Shown: one piece after another, positions 61,042 through 64,000 of the stretch
Position numbering within the stretch: the first letter of the stretch is position 1
Layout of the letters: every line of letters begins with the position of its first letter
Assembly: GCA_002269645.1 (NCBI GenBank)
Contig: NIVC01001280.1
Location: 186,001-250,000 of the forward strand
Source: Macrostomum lignano
Taxonomy: Eukaryota
Reading direction: 5' to 3'
Length of the DNA: 64,000 nt
Position numbers and translations under genes: made by a program
Notes under the pieces: model-generated
Seen by the model: the letters and a program-made list of their open reading frames with translations, nothing else
Databases searched by the model: none
Told to the model about the DNA's origin: nothing

Positions 61042-63049
61042 GTATGCTCGTATGGACATAACTTTTGGCTTATAGTTGTGTCACAATGTGTAGAATACTT
61101 CAGCCAGCTTTCAGTTTGTGTGGGTCGTTTTTCGTTGCTCTACTGTGTTGAGTTTTACAGCATCTATACTATTACAGTATAAGTATACTTTTATACTGCT
61201 GACTCATTTAGAATCTATGATTATCTTCTGGAAGTCTTGGAAATGCCAGGTAACAACTAATAAAAAGGATACCAGGACAACAAACTGCTGCAATTTTTCG
61301 AAAAAGTGCACAATAGAGAAATTTAATTTACCCAAACGAGTTAAAAGTCATCCTGCACAGACGAAAATCGAAATGGAGAAATAATCCTTTAGAACATTTT
61401 TTCACGAATGCATCTGGATAGCGTCCTGATATACTACTGCTGGTGCAGTGGTCCTGTTAGAATATTTGCAAGAACTCGGTAAACAACGATTTTTATAGTT
61501 TTTAGCGTGTCTTGTTGCTGAATGAGTTGGGTTAAACGAAACAATTTATAAGCAAAAGAAACTAAAGCACAAATGGAGAATACTTTTCAATCCTTAAAGA
61601 AATTTTAATTGCACACCATTTTGGGGCCGCAAAGTTTAGTTTACAGAGCCTCAAAGCCTAAAAAAGATTTCTCTGTGACGAAGTTGTAGGCCTACTTTTC
61701 TTTTGCTGACGTTGATGAGGTGTCTAGCGGTCTATCAGGATTTACAGTACATGTAGAGAATAAGTAGTAATGAACTAAGCGAATTACAAGGAGCTGTCGA
61801 AATACTGTCGAACTATTCAATATATTTATCTGTTAAAAGTATTAGAGCCAGTACAAAGCCAAGAGCGACGAGCGACAAACCAGACTACTCCTACCACTAC
61901 CAGACAACCAGCTTGGGGCGAAATTCAAAACGTTTTTATAGTAATTTGAAATTTGAGTATAAAGATTTAAACAAAGGAGTGTAAACTTAATCTACTTAAC
62001 GTGTCAAACAATACGTGCAGATGTACAATTAAATAGAATAATTAAATACCAATCACAACAACGGCAAACGACCTAAAAAAGCTCACACCGTCACATCTCA
62101 ATTAAATATTTTTTGTATTTCACTGAAGTTGTCATTCTGTTAACTTTTTAAAGTAATTACCAAAATTTTTTTATTTGTTTCTATGATGCTTAAAATTTGC
62201 TTTAACTTAAAAGTAAAAGCCGCACGATCCTATCATATCTTTTCAACTTTGTATAGTTATATTTTGGTGAAAGCTTTGCACTATTGAGAAATATTTAGTA
62301 ATGGTGGCAGTTTAGCACCAAATTTTAATTTTCAAGCACCGGAAGTATCGGGTTTATCAAAAATTAACTTCCGTTACCTAACTTCCGTTACCGTCCAGTC
62401 AGTCCAAAAAATCGGAAAAGGCCGCTCTTAAAAAAGTAACCTCTGGTACTAAAAGCGTCGGAAGTGCTGGAACTTTGCCCAACACTGCCTTTTCACTGTC
62501 TATGGTTGGAAACACGAGCAGCAGAGATCGGAAGGCGGCAGGAGAAAAGTTAAATGCTTTTAGCCAATACGTAAAGTAAGCCAGTCCATCAACATTTTCT
62601 CGATTACAGTAATGCTGCCACAGAGAGCATGGGTAACAAACACGGTGCTCGTAATTTTTTGCACACGTCCGCAAGCAAGAATGCCGTGAAAGAATCTGTC
62701 TATGTCGTTATTGTCACCTTTTGTTGTTGCCGGATTTCTAGTCAATTCTTCTGTCTAGTGCACGTTGGAAGAGCAGTAAAGATAATCATCCAATCGTCTA
62801 TATGGTAATCGGAAAGGACAGTAAAGGCGACTAACCTAACTGTCATAAATTAATTCTTTATGGATTTTGAGCTTTTTTTTCGAAATAGAAAAAGGAGCTA
62901 TTATTCGCTAAGAAAAAATTCCTAGCTGAGAAATATGTGGACTCTCCACGGAGAAGTTGGTTGGCTTTTGTCACACGAGAGTCAAGCAATCGCTTTGTTC
63001 TGGAGATTAACAATTTGGATGCGTCGTCCAATACCAAAGTGCTGCTTGA

Positions 63050-63330
63050 GCTAACTAGCAAAGATCTGCAAATGCTGGACCGGATTGAAAATGAATCTGT
63101 GCCGAAATCGACCAAGACTCAACGAAAACTTCACGTGGCCAGGTTCCGCCAGCTCTTCAATGAGAAAGGGGCTCTGCCAGGAGTTTAAGAGTGTACCGGC
63201 TTTTCTATTCGTCTCTTCGGAAGCAGGATGGAACATACTACGCGCCGATGTCTCTTATCTGTTCAACCATTTAACGGCTCCTGGAATCCCCTTCCGTCAA
63301 TCGCCAGGTGAACATCATTACCGGATAATC
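63050..63330 (+). mobile_element. Possible Crypton (DUF3504-type tyrosine recombinase) N-terminal remnant
   Basis: LDRIENESVPKSTKTQRKLHVARFRQLFNEKG resembles the N.VPK.T...T...V..F..W helix of Crypton/ZMYM/KCTD1-type YR proteins. Frameshifted and short. Confidence 0.4.
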
Positions 63331-63641
63331 AGTTCCGGAGGAAAAAAATTACTCCTTTGTTGCTTTTATTGTCATGTTTCAATTCTTTTCTACTCGTATA
63401 GCCTTCCGTTAATTTTCCGGCAACAATTTAAAACTGCCGGCAAACAATTGAGTTGTTACTGAGTCTTACTGCCGAAAACAATAAACAAAAGAGTACCATA
63501 TAACTAAAGGCGCGCACCAATGGCATGCACACTTGAATGTTTATGCAGTTTATAAACTCTGCGAAAAACATCAGAGAAAATATGATAGAAAACGAGCGAG
63601 GAAGATTTTAGTGGCAGTTTAAAGCTTAATTAAAGTTTATT

Positions 63642-64000
63642 TTACTTTCGACAGGCTTCAGCTTTAGACTCGGCTGCATCGAACTGCTGAGTCTGCAGTC
63701 TGCAACAGTGATGCAGTCGCACTTTTGTGAACTTGGTCGTCAGCTTCTTCCACAGGGAATCGCTGTGGATCTTGCAGGAAGGCAGTCGAACTCCCGCAAC
63801 GCAGAACGCATCCGGAAGGAGGACGGAAATTTGACTTTGGTGCAGAAAAGTCGTGATTTGTTGTTGAAACATTTTCTCTATCGTCTCGATCCCTGCACAA
63901 CACAAACGCAGCACGAGACCCGCAAAAGCATTTGGATGCCACTTCAGTTGGATGGAAATACCGCAGCCCGATCTGCAGTGAGCATTTTGCTGCAAGCATC
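63642..64000 (-). mobile_element. Possible P-element/THAP9-like transposase C-terminal fragment (continues beyond the window)
   Basis: CKIHSDSLWKKLTTKFTKVRLHHCCR resembles the C..H...L.K.....Y.KIRLHH..K terminus of P-like transposases. Confidence 0.35.

Overview
Eukaryotic, intron-containing and TE-rich invertebrate DNA; the style resembles a flatworm such as Macrostomum, but this is inference only. Four host genes are present: (1) the first coding exon of PRPF39 (- strand); (2) a complete, almost intronless BIG/ARFGEF Sec7 Arf-GEF (-); (3) a 15-exon CSPP1/CCDC66-like protein with seven PxG(K/R)PGxGAP-type repeats (+); (4) a two-exon innexin (-) whose 13-kb intron holds a three-level TE nest (Ingi-like LINE with a decayed 2A peptide, interrupted by an RTE fragment and by a second Ingi-like LINE, which itself holds a solo LTR; the inner insertions all have TSDs). 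The most unusual object is an intact, very young 10.3-kb Gypsy LTR retrotransposon at 50768-61041 (GTAT TSD, LTRs about 99.8% identical, tRNA-Gln PBS). Its single Gag-Pol ORF carries an UNR/CSDE1-like cold-shock domain between the CCHC knuckle and the protease. Its 2-kb 3' region carries antisense Tudor-core-like repeats (FIDYGN) and an array of about 12 GGCGC-loop-GCGCC hairpins. Other observations: an RTE insertion with a TSD-supported 3' transduction, hAT MITEs carrying long pyrimidine tracts, a CpG-stripped decayed-repeat block, and relics of DIRS/Ngaro, Mag-type Gypsy and piggyBac elements, plus possible Crypton and P-like relics.
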